Shown in pieces: positions 30,883 to 53,367 of a stretch of 64,000 bases of DNA. The position numbers and the translations under genes are program-made. A model generated the notes under the pieces. It was not told the origin of the DNA. It saw nothing but the letters and a program-made list of their open reading frames with translations, and searched no databases. Within the stretch, counting starts at the first letter, position 1; every line of letters starts with the position of its first letter. This DNA is from Salpingoeca rosetta (Eukaryota > Protista > Choanoflagellata), in assembly GCA_033442325.1 (NCBI GenBank), contig JAWQFM010000012.1:62001-126000 (forward strand), in the 5' to 3' direction.

Positions 30883-30886
30883 CGCG

Positions 30887-30995
<109 letters not shown>

Positions 30996-31089
30996 TGTGT
31001 GTGTGTCTGTGTGTGTGTGTCTGTGTGTGTGTGTGTGGCAAGAAGGAGGAAGGAAACACACGTGTGTTGGGGCAAGGTGTGGTGGTAAA

Positions 31090-31126
31090 GACTGAAATCA
31101 GTTCTATCGACTGAAATCAGTCACAC
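31090..31126. promoter_or_regulatory. Tandem quasi-palindromic GACTGAAATCAGT motif in the DDX51/ANKRD27 bidirectional promoter
   Basis: Copies at 31090-31102 and 31109-31121; the second, with flanks, matches 9110-9129 at 19/20. Confidence 0.5.
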
Positions 31127-31220
31127 AACACCTCAGTGCATTCCCAACACAACAACAACCCAAGAACCAGCCCACACAAGACACATCGTCGCGCCCTCGC
31201 TCCGCTTGCTTGCTGCTGGG

Positions 31221-34200
31221 ATGTCGTATGATGAGGACCTGCACACCAACGCGGTGTTTGCCGCCCTCAAGGCATCACATGCACGCCAGTTTGTAGACCC
31301 CAAAACTCACGTGAGTGATTTAGTTGTGGGGTGTGGTTTGTGTGTTCATGTGGTTGTTTGTGTCTGCCTGTCGGGCTGTCTGCCTGTCTGTATGTTTGCA
31401 TCATTATTCCTTTGCGAATGTGTGCTGGTTGTGTCTGTGCTTGATGCCAAGTGTGCGGAACACCATCCGCTTAGAGCATGCTCCCACTCCCTCACTTGCA
31501 TTGGTTCTTACTTTTGCATCGCCTTGGTTTCCTTGTCTCCTCCTCGCTTTTTTTTTTTTCTTGTGCTACACGAAGGTGTTTGTGCCACGAACAGGGAGCT
31601 TTCACATGGACAAGCTGTCAGGGAGAGATTTGGCAGCCCACATACTCCGAGACACGCCCACGCAGACATCTGAAGCAAGCGCCACAACAGCAGAAGGAGC
31701 CGCGCGAACACATACCATGCTCTCAAATGACCTCATCTCAGTCCGCGTGGAGGGCAAGCAGCTTCACGTCCTGGACGCCAGTGGCAGAACGAAGCGCACT
31801 TGCACCATCCTCTTCGATGAAACCTTCTACACAGATGACGACAAGGCGTTTGTTGTCAACTGCATCGATCAACCCCTCTCTGGATGTGAGTGGATGTCTT
31901 GGTCGCTTGAGGTCTTGTTGATAACGTCCAATGCAGCTCCTTCCTCTCTTTCTTGCTTCCTCTCTTTCTTGCTTCCTCTCTTTCTTGCTTGTTTGCTTTC
32001 TTGCTTGCTTGCTTGCTTGTTTGTTTGCTTGTTTGCTTGCTTGCTCGCTTGCGCCTTTTGCCCTGCACGTGGTCTGATCTGCTGTATTCATCATGCTCAC
32101 TCACTCACTCACTCACTCACTCATTCACTCACTCACTCACTCACTCACTCACTCACTCACTCACTCACTCGCTCGCTCACACACACACACAATTGCGCAA
32201 TGGCATGCGTGTGTTGACAGCGATTGCCACGGTCAAGGCAGCAGCACCACTCAAGTCATACGACGAATGCATCAGCTTACTCGTCGATGTGCCAGGTAAT
32301 CACAGTGGCCACCACGGACACAGCTGGGGCTAGAAGTTGTTGAAGGCACTGCCCCTGCCACCGCTCCTCCACCCATGTTGGTTGCCTGCTCTTCTTGCTT
32401 GCTGACGTGTACTTTGCTGGCGTACGTTGCTCGTGTGCGCTGTATCCGTGCATCAAGGCCGCAAGTTTGGCCCGCGGGCAGAGGCTCGGATGAACGCTGT
32501 CTGCACCGCCATCAAGCAAGCCTCCTCCGCCGCAGAGGCCACGGTTGGTTGGATGTGCTGTGTATGTGCGTTTGTACGCGTGCGTGCGTGTGTCTGTGTG
32601 TGTTTGTGTGTGTGCCTGTGTGTCTGTGTGTCTGTGTGTCTGTGTGTCTGTGTGTCTGTGTTTGTGTGCGTGTGTGTATATGCCCGTGCCCGTATGCTAT
32701 TGCACAGCACGTCATTGCGTGCGTTTGTATGTGTGTGTGTGCTCCGCCTTCACCGTGCATTATTGTCCATCGCCAAGCTTCCACATGCATACCGCTCATC
32801 CCACGACACAATACCCGCACCCTCCACCTCCAAACTGTACACGTACAACTCATCTCCCTGCTTAGGAGCGCGTGCACGCTGCGTTCTCGGATCTCGTGCG
32901 CCTGGCACAGCGCGACTCCGCCCTCCGCAAGCGCTGGCGCCGCAGTCAGCAGGATGCAGCCAACATCAAACTTGCCCTCGAAACGTCCGTCGCCCCGGTG
33001 GTGGTGGTGGTGGTGGTGGTGTATTGTGCATGCGTGTGTGTGTGTGTGTGTGTGTGTGCGTTTGTTTGCTTGCTTACTTGCTTGCTTGCTTGCTTGCTTG
33101 CTTGATTGATTGATTGATTGATTGATTGCTTGCCTGCTTGCTTGCTTGTTTGCTTGATTGATTGTTTGCTTGCTTGTTTGCTGCTTGCTTGCTTACTTGG
33201 CATGACTGCATCAGCTCAACTCACATATGCAAAACACACGCACACACAACGCGTTCATGGCAGCATCTTACTGGCCCGCGTGTATGACCTGATGCTGCCG
33301 TTCTTTGCAGAGGAGTGCGCACAACAGGTATGTGTGAGCGTGTATGTGGGCATATCTGTGAGCGTGTATGTGCGCCACACCCACATTTCTCCATCGTCAT
33401 ACACGCGTACGTGCTGCGCTTGCCTCCGCATGTCATATTTTCACTGGCTCACCTTCCCCGAATTGACGCAATACTCTGGTTTGGTCGCGTGTTAGGATAT
33501 TGTGCTGAACAAGGCCTGCCGCAATTTGGCCACCGCCGAGGTCCGATGGAACAGCAATGCGATACACACACGCACACGCACGCACACACGCACACACGCA
33601 CGCACATAAAATTTGAAGTAGCTCCTCACTCACCGTCGCCTCTTTCTCTTGCGCGTACATACACGCACACACACCCACACTCACACTCACTCATACATAT
33701 ACATGCAATTCATGTCCACAGCCGTCCCTGCTTGGACTGGCGCCCGAATTCACACGCGCCGCAAACGATGCCGTCAAGGTGCCGAATCAACCAACACCGC
33801 TGACACCGCCCCTGCCATGCTATTTAGTGTGTGAGCACCTACCTCGCAACCCATGCGCTCTCTGTCATCAACGGTCACCCAAACACGATCATTCACTACC
33901 ATCACCCTTTCTTACCCCATGACCTCATCGCCCCCCCCCTTCCCCTCGATCCAACACCATCGATATCACCCTACCCCACCCTCCTCCCCGCCCTTCCATC
34001 TCGTCCTGTGCAAGACGCTGCGTGGGGTTGCGGCTGCGCGGACGCCGCTGCAGAAGCTCCAGTCACTGCAGCACGCGGTGCATGTGCTGGTCACCTCGGC
34101 CTCACCCTCCACCCCGCTCGCCGCCGACGACCTCGTTACAGCACTCTGTACGCTGATGCTGCTTAGCTCAGCGGCTGCTGGCGTTGGAGGGAGACAGAGA

Positions 34201-34248
34201 GAGACAGAGAGAGACAGAGAGAGACAGAGAGAGAGTGTGTGTGTGTGT

Positions 34249-34279
<31 letters not shown>

Positions 34280-34797
34280 GGTGTGTGGGTGTGTGGGTGT
34301 GTGGGTGATTTGGAGTGGTTGGGAAACATATTGGAGCCGTTCGCACGTGAGCTGATACCGCGCCGTTGTTGCCTGCAGGCATTGTCGTGATTCGATCGGA
34401 GGTTTCCCACTGGCACGCGTACCTCGCATTCCTCGCAGAGGTGACTCCCGTGTATGTGCGTGTGTGTGCGTGTGCGTGTGCGTGTGTGTTTGTGCTCCTG
34501 CTCACGCGTGCGACATTTCGTGCTCTGTTTGTGGCCCACATGTCCTCATCCGAACCACCGCCTGCTGCTGTGCAGATGACGGGGCTGAGCAACACGCTCA
34601 CGGAAGAGGAGTCCTACTACCTGGTTCGTGGCTGCTGCTGCTGCTGCTGCTGTGGCTGCTGTGGCTGCTGCTTTATGGTCATTGTGACCGCATCAACGGC
34701 AGCGCAACTGTGACGTGCAGCTCAGACCCATCCTCACACACACACACACTTTTGCATTGGCGCATGCGCCCACGTACTCCAAACACACACACGCACG

Positions 34798-34883
<86 letters not shown>

Positions 34884-35618
34884 TGCAGACGAGTCTGGAG
34901 GCGGCGGTGTCGCACGTGTCGCAAATCGACATTGCCGACGACAAATACTTCACGTGGATCCCAGGCGAAGGTGCACATGAACCGGGGCACGCGTGCCGTT
35001 TTGTTGGCGCTGGTGCTGGTGTTGGCGTGCACACATACACGCGCAGGCACACACGTACAATTTCACGCACACACGTACAATTTCACGCACAAACCCATAT
35101 TCACACCTGCACACACACGCACACACGCACGCACGCACTTACACCTACCACTCACACCACTCATGTGCGCATGTGTCACGCTTGTCCGCTTCCCAGGGGA
35201 CGCAGCGATTGCGCCGCTGTTCCGGGCGGTGGTGGACGACGACCTCGACGCCGTCAAGCAGCACCTCGCATCCGCAACACCAGCAGCAACAGCAACGGCA
35301 ACAACAGCAAACGGAACAGCAGCAGCAACAGAAACAGCAGCAACAGAAACAGCAGCAAGCATCAAGGATGCAACACAGGGCCGTGACCATGACGCAACGC
35401 CGCGTGACCATGACGCAACAGCACGGCCATCATCATCGTCGTCATCATCATCGCCGTCGTCGTCGTCGTCTGTCAAACGGAGCGAGCGGCTTGGGTCGAC
35501 CGGGTGCCACCCGCTGTGCACGTGCTACAGGTGCAAACCCGTCAGCGACGTCGCCCTATTGCGCGACGCAGCAGACAGAACGGTGTGTGTCGGTGTGTCG
35601 GTGTGTGTGTTTGTAAGC

Positions 35619-35687
<69 letters not shown>

Positions 35688-36538
35688 GCATGTTAGTGTT
35701 TGTCTGTGTTTGTAAGCATGTTTGTCTGTGTTTGTCTGTGTGCGTGTGTGTATCTGCCTGTCTGTTTCTTTGCTTGTTTGTGTGTCTGTGTGCGTGTGTG
35801 TGTATCTGTCTGTCTGTTTCTTTGCTTGTTTGTTTGTGTGCATTTTTCTTGTTTGTGCGTACATCTGTACGCTGGGCCAATTTATTTTGTGATAATACCT
35901 CACCATGACGGATGTGTGCATGTGTGTGTTTGATGCAGCCGTTGCATATCGCTGCTCTCCTTGGACGTGTGGGCATTCTGGAATTCCTTCTCAAGCGAAG
36001 TAAACCAACACACGCACGACACAGGACACACGACGCGCAACACACGCAACACACACATCACACAACACTCACGCGCCTGCAACATGAAGATGGATCTCAT
36101 TTCTTACCTTGGTTTCACCATCTCATGTCCTTTGTTGTGTCCGCTCACGTCCCCTGCTCGTGTGCACATGTGCTCGTGCGCGGTGTGACAGGTGCAACGG
36201 CAGAGGTGTTTGACAACAAGAACGCAACCCCCCTCCACTTTGTGAGTTTTGATCGCAACGCCCTCTCTGTGATGTGGTGGATTACCCTGAATGCGTTGCA
36301 CACGCAAGTGACATGATCACAACCGCTGCCGCTGCCATCATAACGTAACCACCATCGCCGTTGCGACCTCGCATATCTGCTGCAACGACAGGCGTGTGCG
36401 CGCAACAAGACAACGGCTGCTCTCCTCCTCCTGGAAACAGCGAGCGTCAACCTCACAGGTCCGTCCTGCCCGTGACCGTCTGTTTGCCTTGTTTGTTTTG
36501 TGTTTGTTGATTAGTTTGTGTTTGTGTTTGTGTTTGTG

Positions 36539-36586
<48 letters not shown>

Positions 36587-36886
36587 TGTGTGTGTGTGCG
36601 TTGTTTGCGATCGTGTGTTAATTTTTGTTTGTGTACGTGAGTGTGTGTGTGTGTATGTATGTGTGCGTATACTTCCTCGCCCCCATATGCGTGTGCACGC
36701 CTTCATCTTTGCATCCTCCGCCCCATCTCACCTGCGCCGTACGTTCTGTGTGCATGATGTTCACCGCCAGACCGCCAGGGCAACACTCCGCTCCACATCT
36801 GCGCAGACAGAGGCCACGTCCAGACAGCAAAGGTTGGTTTGGCATCACGTCAAGAATGTGAACAAATGTGCCAGAAAGAGCGAGAG

Positions 36887-36941
<55 letters not shown>

Positions 36942-36991
36942 ACAGGCAGTGTCATGCACCTCGCTCGTATCCTTCCTACCTTTCCTTTACC

Positions 36992-37055
<64 letters not shown>

Positions 37056-38294
37056 TCACCGTTGTGCAGGCGCTTGTGATGAGCAGCAACCCGCGGTTGA
37101 ATGCGCGCAACAGCGTCGGGGACACACCGCTGCACATGGCTGCACACTGGGGATATGAGGAGCTCGCTGCGCTGCTGCTGCAATTCTCTGCGGATGTAAA
37201 CACGCTCGACCGCCAGGGCAGGGCTCCCATCAACATGGCCCACTCAAAGGTGCGCCAGAATCTGGTCTGCAGCCTCCTTCATGGTCGTATGCTGCTCCCA
37301 TGCACTCGTGGTTCTGTATGCGCAGGACTCCCCCCCCCCCCCTCTCTCACCGCTGGTGCTGCAACCACCCGTCACGCCCACCGCATCACTCGATCGCGGC
37401 TGTTGACGCCCTTGCTAACCCCCCCCCCCTCTTCTTCCCCATGTCCACACCGTCCCTTCACCACCCCTCACCACACCCCATGTCAACCCTTTCTTGTACA
37501 ACAACAACAACCCCACCCTCCCAACCGCCCATCTCAGGGTGTTCGACGGCTGCTTGATCGGCACCGCGGTGCATCGACGCCGACCGTGGCCACGGGCCCA
37601 CCCCTCGCCAGCCCTGCTGCAGCACCACGCACGCGCACGCGCACACGCCACCAGCACCAGCAGGGGCAGCAGGGACGAGTGAGGACTCGTGGTAGTGGCA
37701 GCGACAGCGGTGGCCGGGGAGTGCCCACAGCAACGACGACAACGACGACGACGACGACGACGGCGTCGATATCAACAGCGTCAACCATATCTGGTGGGAG
37801 CGCGCGTGTGTCCGTGCACCGCGATGAGGAAGACGAGGAAGGGGCTGATGCTGGCGCGCAGTCTGACACGTTTGAGGACGATGCGAGCGACGTGAGGTGG
37901 ATGAGGAGCAGCAACACTGGCACCACCACCAGCAGCGGCGGCGGTGGCGGTACAGATGGTGGCGGTGGTGGATTGCTGTCTCGAGCGAGGCCTGGTCGAG
38001 GCTCCGGCTCACGGCGGCACAGCGGCAGCAGCGAACACGGCAGCACTGGCAGCGGTGGCAACGGTGGTGGAGGAGGTGGAGGTGGTGGTGTGTTTGTGAG
38101 TGGACAGCCACTTAGTCGCACCAACTCCATGCACGCGTCCATGGAGCACTTGTTAGCGGACGACAAAGAGCGGTGGCTGGATCTTGTCTTTGAGGCGATT
38201 GAGGAGGGCGAGGTTGAACTGGTCAAATACCGCCTTCGTCTCGGCCCAGACGAGCACAACCCTTATGCCCAGGACAAGTGCCACCCGCTCTGTC

Positions 38295-38358
<64 letters not shown>

Positions 38359-39133
38359 ATGAGTGCTTTCAACCTCACCCTCAGCGCCGTTGTTGCCACC
38401 ATCTCCAGTGTGAGCGTTGTTCGCGCATGATCCGCGCACCGCCCGGCTCCCACATCACCATCAACAGCCAGAACACAGACGTGCGTCGCAGCATTTTCTG
38501 TATCTTGTGTGTGTGTGTGTGTTTCATGTGCAATTAATTGCCTGCTCGCGTTTGTGGAATAATGTGCCTGACACGGGCTCATTCACGCCGCGGATACGCT
38601 CAATTCTCGTGCTCACTGACACCAACCCACCATGCTTTTCGTTCATGCACACACGCCCATCTTGCAAACCACTACTGCAGGGCTTCACGCCGCTTCTGGT
38701 GGCTGCGCGCTACGGGCAGACGGCGGTGGTGCGAGCGCTGCTCGACTATGGCGCCGCCGTGGACGCCCGCGTCAACAACGGCCTCAGTGCACTGCACTTT
38801 GCCTGCCAGTACGACCACCGCGAGATTGCGGGCCTGCTGTTGCATGCAGGCATGAATGCCAACGTGCACCGAGGCGAAGCAGGCGCAACACCGCTGCACC
38901 TCGCAGCGACAAACGGGCACACGGCGTGTGTGCGCATCCTGCTTGATGCCGGCGCGGACGTGAATGCGCTTGATGAGAAGGGCAACACCCCTCTGCACGC
39001 TGCGTGTCGCTGGGGCCACCGCAATGCGGTTGAAATGCTTCTTCGCGCAGGCGCCGACCCAGCCGTCAACAACACAGCTGGCAAAGCCCCAGCACAGGTC
39101 TGTGTATATGTGTGTCTGTCTATCTGTCGGTCG

Positions 39134-39191
<58 letters not shown>

Positions 39192-39632
39192 CTGCGTGTG
39201 CGTGTGTCTGTGTGTGTGTGTGTGTGTGAATGTATCGTCATGATATGTACGATTGCAGCATCAGCATCCGTATCAGACCTCGCTGCCTTCTTCCCTACTG
39301 ATCACCAACCCTCCTCCCCCTCATCTGCGCACAGGAATCTCGAAGCGAGGCGTTGCAAGCGTTGCTGCAGAGAACAGAAGACTTTCAAAACTCAGACGGA
39401 CAGTGCGTTCGCGCTTGTGTGTGCGTGTGCAAGAGAGTCTAACGTTAGCATCTAAACCAGACATCTTGATGAGTATGTTCAGCATCCGTATCAGACCTCG
39501 CTGCCTTCTTCCCTACTGATCACCAACCCTCCTCCCCCTCATCTGCGCACAGGAATCTCGAAGCGAGGCGTTGCAAGCGTTGCTGCAGAGAGCAGAGGAC
39601 TTTCAAAACCCAGACGGTCAGTGCGTTCGCGC

Positions 39633-39679
<47 letters not shown>

Positions 39680-39705
39680 GTGTGTGTGTGTGCGTGCGTG
39701 TGTGT

Positions 39706-39748
<43 letters not shown>

Positions 39749-40756
39749 CGTGTTGTGTATCTCTCACGGTTGCATGCCACGCTGTGCACTTGGCACAACA
39801 GCAATACAAATCTCCGGGCTCCCACCACACCTCTCGGATCTTGAAGGGACATACGACAGGGTGTGTTTGCAAGTGTGTGCGAATGTGCGTATGCAAATGT
39901 GTGTGTGTGTGTGAATGTGTGCGTGTGCACGCGCGTGTACGGGTTCTGTGTCATTCATTTGCCTGGCACCAAGTTTCACTCCGTTGTACACCCTGCGCAC
40001 GTGTGCTGGTGTGGCTTTCCAACGGCACAGAAGGGCCAGTTGATGGGCGAGATGGTGACAGTGGTGGGGGACCCGGTGTCGTTCCCCGTATTCAAACTTC
40101 GCCGCGCCGACCGCACAGCAACTGCCACGGACACCACCACGGACACCACCACGGACACCACCACCACCACCACGGACAGCAGCAGTAAAGAGGGTGCCGG
40201 TGATGGGTTCGTGGTGCCAACTGGAGCCCTCGGTGGTGACAACAGCGCCAGGGCTGATGGTAATGGTGATGGTGATGGTGGTGGTGGTGGTGGTGGCGGC
40301 GGCGAAGACCACGCCGATGCCGACACGACCATCACGGAGGACGAACAAGCAGCAGAGGAGGAAACAGCGAGGAGCGATGAAGCCAAGAATGATGAGCGTG
40401 CAGAAACCGCTGATGCTGATGGTGGTGAAGGAGCCACACAGGCACACGAGGACGGGGATGAAGAAGGGGGAGAGGATGAGGGAGAGGATGGGGATGACGT
40501 GTTTTTGTATTATCATGCACCGACGCAGTCGTGGTGCCTTGGGCGACGGCTTGGGTCACCGACACCGCTGCTGTTCAACCGAGACCCTGTCCCTCACCCG
40601 ATTCGCCTCTCATCAAAGGCATGGACCCTCTGCAAACACGAGAGCAACGACGACGACGCTACTGCAAGTGACACAAGCATGCCACCAACAACAAGCCCCG
40701 TCCATGTCACACTTGAACCCGCCACACCTCCACAAACTGCCACTGCCAGCGACTGA
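31221..40756 (+). CDS. ANKRD27: ANKRD27/VARP: VPS9 domain, two ankyrin-repeat sets, two CHPLCxCxxC zinc fingernails and an extra C-terminal domain
   Basis: [22 protein letters not shown]...CIDQPL; VPS9 ADDLV; [10 protein letters not shown] and CHPLCQCERC; GDTPLH, GFTPLL, GATPLH and GNTPLH ankyrin repeats. Confidence 0.92.
39261..39641 (+). repeat. 163-bp direct duplication (39261-39423 / 39479-39641) covering an acceptor region and one exon of ANKRD27
   Basis: Offset 218 nt; 4 mismatches by eye. Confidence 0.92.
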
Positions 40757-41133
40757 TGTGAGTCGATGTGTTGCGTTCTGGACATGCGGTGCTTGAAGGT
40801 CTTCAATGCAATACACATGATTGCGTGTGCCTTTTCTTTCTTCGTTTCTGCGTTTGATGAGACATGACGCAATTCAGTTGTTTGTGTGGTTTTTGCTGAC
40901 ATTTGCAAGCAAGAGTGCAGCGGACGTTGTGGGATTTGAGTGAGCAATGCCTGTATGCATTGTTGCTTCTGGTCTCGTCATTCAACCGTCGCACCTCTCC
41001 GTCGTTGCCACTGTGAACGAGGAGAGATCAAGAAACCAAACCAAACCAGGCCAAGCGATCAAGAGCGTAGGAGAAGAGAGCGGAGTGACAGCCACACAGT
41101 ACCCAGCATCCAGTGCGCACAGCGATCGTCACC

Positions 41134-50436
<9,303 letters not shown>

Positions 50437-50944
50437 ACCCCAACGCGCGGTCCTCACCGCCGCTGCTGCTGCTGACACGATCCACCCTTTGGTTCTTGTG
50501 GGTCGTCTGCTGATGTGATTTTGTTGTCGCTGCCGTTGTGTGTGTGTGTGTATGTGTGTGTGTGTGTTGCTGTTTGTGTCGATGCGATGCCATGTGGGTG
50601 GAAGGGCGCTTCGTCGTGTACGGAAGCGAAATGCCCTGCTCTTGTTGTTGTCTTGGCAAAGATGCGGTTGCGTCTGCATAAACACATGCACAGCAGTTTT
50701 GGTACAGGTTTCCCGCCAATCGCACGCTTCATGCATGTGTGTATGTCTGTCTGTCTGTGTGAAGGAATTGATGGTCGATTCGCTAGCACATTTGGCTGCA
50801 CTGGCTGCCGTGCACCCACCACTGCCTTGAGACAACCGCAGGTTGAAAGTCTCGACAGAGTTTCCCGCTTCATTGTGTGTGGTACGATTGATTGGGGTGG
50901 TGGTTGTGTGCGATGGGTTGGGGGGGGGGTGTTGCAGTGCATTC

Positions 50945-51069
50945 GGGTGTCATGTTGATATTGTTGTTGGAACTCAAGGAAGCGTGAATGGTGTCAGGGT
51001 GTTGGGGTGTCATGTTGATATTGTTGTTGGAACTCAAGGAAGCGTGAATGGTGTCAGGGTGTCGGGGTG
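50945..51069. repeat. 60-bp tandem duplication (about 2.1 copies) between the convergent PC and beta-propeller genes
   Basis: GGGTGTCATGTTGATATTGTTGTTGGAACTCAAGGAAGCGTGAATGGTGTCAGGGTGT repeated at period 60. Confidence 0.92.
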
Positions 51070-51241
51070 AATGACGGCAGCATTGACAAAACGGAGATGA
51101 AGAATCAACAGGGATTGGTTGAATGGAGAGCGGAAGAACGGAAGGGTTGCAGAAAGTATGACAAGGAAGAACACACGCGCGCGCACATGCGCACACACAC
51201 GCACTGCACACACCCGCACACACACACACACCACACAAAGA

Positions 51242-52547
51242 TCAGCATCCCGGATCGATGAGGAGGACCGACTCAGAGTCAAATGGAATGCTGTAGATGA
51301 GACCATTTGGAGCGAGTACACCACTTATCCATTCGAAAGACCCAGAAAGATCGCTTATGGTTGTGGTGTCGCTGGTGTTGGTGGTTGGATCGAAGATGAA
51401 AACAGATGAAGAGTTGTATGGGACGCCGACGATGTTGCCGTTGGGTGCGAGCACGCCGTTAATCCACTGGAAAACCCCCGGTCCACTTGCAACAACGAGC
51501 TCGTTGGTGGCGTTTGTGGCGGGGTCGATGACGAGCGTCGTTCCGGAGGGAGATGGCAAAGTGTAAATGAGACCATTGCTCGCAAGTACGCCGTCATACC
51601 ACTTGAAATCTCCGCCAAGACGCCGAATCGTCGTGACGTTCATCGCGAAGGACTCGGGATTGATGATGAGCACGGAGGAAGACAAGAAGGGGATGCAGTA
51701 GATGAGGCCGTTGTCCGCCTGCACGCCGCTGGACCACTTGTGCACTTGGCTCGACAGCCCGGACAGCGTCGTGATGTCTGCTGTGTTGGTCTCAGGATCA
51801 ATGATCAGCACAGACGTGGCAGAGAATGGGATGCCGAAGATAAGGCCGTTGCTGGCCGCCACGGCGCCCCACCACTTGAAGCTACCAGTACCAAGAGAGT
51901 CAATGCTTGTAGTGTCAGTGATGTTGGTGTCTGGGTCGACGATGAGCATCGTCTCCCGGTCTGAAGGGACCATGAAAATGCGACCGTCGCGTGCCGACAC
52001 AGCATCGGACCACTTGCGGTCGTCCGTTTCCCAGTCCGGCAATTGTGGTCGCATCAACGGTGTTGGTGCCCGGGTCGATGATGAGCACGGAAGGCGAGAC
52101 GTATGGTGTGGCGTAGATCAGGCCAGTGTTCGCCAGCACACCCCCAAGCCACTTTCCAGCCATTGAGCCGAGTTGCCCAAACGTGCTGGCGTTTGGGGCG
52201 CACGCTTTGCCGTCCACACTATCGATGGTGCTCTGCTGCGCCGAGATGGCGCTCTGCTGCGCGGCATTGATGCTCTGCTGCACCGACACGGTACTGAGCA
52301 GCGTGTCCACTGTTTGGAACAGCTTGTTTACGTTCATGCCGTTCACGAACACGGGCTGGTTCGATGGATCACTCGTGTTGATGTGAAACGCGCCCTCACG
52401 ATCCTCCACCATTGTCACCTTTCCGACGCTGATGAACGGCATCACCAGCAGCAACGAGCAGAGCGTGATAAAAGCAGGGAGCAGCGCATTTGCCTGCCTT
52501 GCCTGCAGGCACTCTGGTCTCATCAGGGGTCGCGTCATCTTCATCAT
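51242..52547 (-). pseudogene. Intronless secreted protein: signal peptide, coiled coil and 7-bladed beta-propeller (KWxGGVLAxNGLIYxIP...VLIIDP repeats); +1 frameshift at about 52027-52029
   Basis: ORFs 52547-51915 and 52057-51242 join into seven ~45-aa repeats if one A of GGAAACG is removed (TIAGLG-TDDRKW). Confidence 0.7.
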
Positions 52548-52740
52548 GAGCCCTTGTCCTGAGCAGAGAAGGTTTGTCCTAAGCAGCGGAAGAGCTGAAG
52601 AGAGGAGGTCAGTTTGTCCTGAGGAGAGGAGAGGAGAAAGAGAAGAAAAAGCACAAGGAAGTGTGTTCGTTTGTGCTTTTCACGTCACATTACAAGTTGT
52701 CGTTTGTGACACGTAGTGGCCGTTGTCGATGATGATCGGA

Positions 52741-52805
52741 AATTGTACATGGATTTCGAGCAGTGGTTGCGGAAGATTGTTGCGAATCGTACATGGATAT
52801 CGAGC
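52741..52805. repeat. Imperfect 21-bp direct repeat upstream of the beta-propeller gene
   Basis: AATTGTACATGGATTTCGAGC (52741-52761) vs AATCGTACATGGATATCGAGC (52785-52805). Confidence 0.7.
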
Positions 52806-52869
52806 CAATCAAGGCAGTCGCATCACATCGCATCCACCACACCCCCACACACCCCCACACACACACTCA

Positions 52870-52932
<63 letters not shown>

Positions 52933-53367
52933 NNNNNNNNNNNNNNNNNNNNNNNNNNNNNNNNNNNNNNNNNNNNNNNNNNNNNNNNNNNNNNNNNNNN
53001 NNNNNNNNNNNNNNNNNNNNNNNNNNNNNNNNNNNNNNNNNNNNNNNNNNNNNNNNNNNNNNNNNNNNNNNNNNNNNNNNNNNNNNNNNNNNNNNNNNNN
53101 NNNNNNNNNNNNNNNNNNNNNNNNNNNNNNNNNNNNNNNNNNNNNNNNNNNNNNNNNNNNNNNNNNNNNNNNNNNNNNNNNNNNNNNNNNNNNNNNNNNN
53201 NNNNNNNNNNNNNNNNNNNNNNNNNNNNNNNNNNNNNNNNNNNNNNNNNNNNNNNNNNNNNNNNNNNNNNNNNNNNNNNNNNNNNNNNNNNNNNNNNNNN
53301 NNNNNNNNNNNNNNNNNNNNNNNNNNNNNNNNNNNNNNNNNNNNNNNNNNNNNNNNNNNNNNNNNNN
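52933..53367. other. Assembly gap (probably hides the 3' end of CWC2)
   Basis: Run of N. Confidence 0.95.

Noticed and set aside
50945-52805. CRISPR-like interpretation of the short direct repeats
   Set aside because: Only two copies each, no spacer series or cas genes, eukaryotic context
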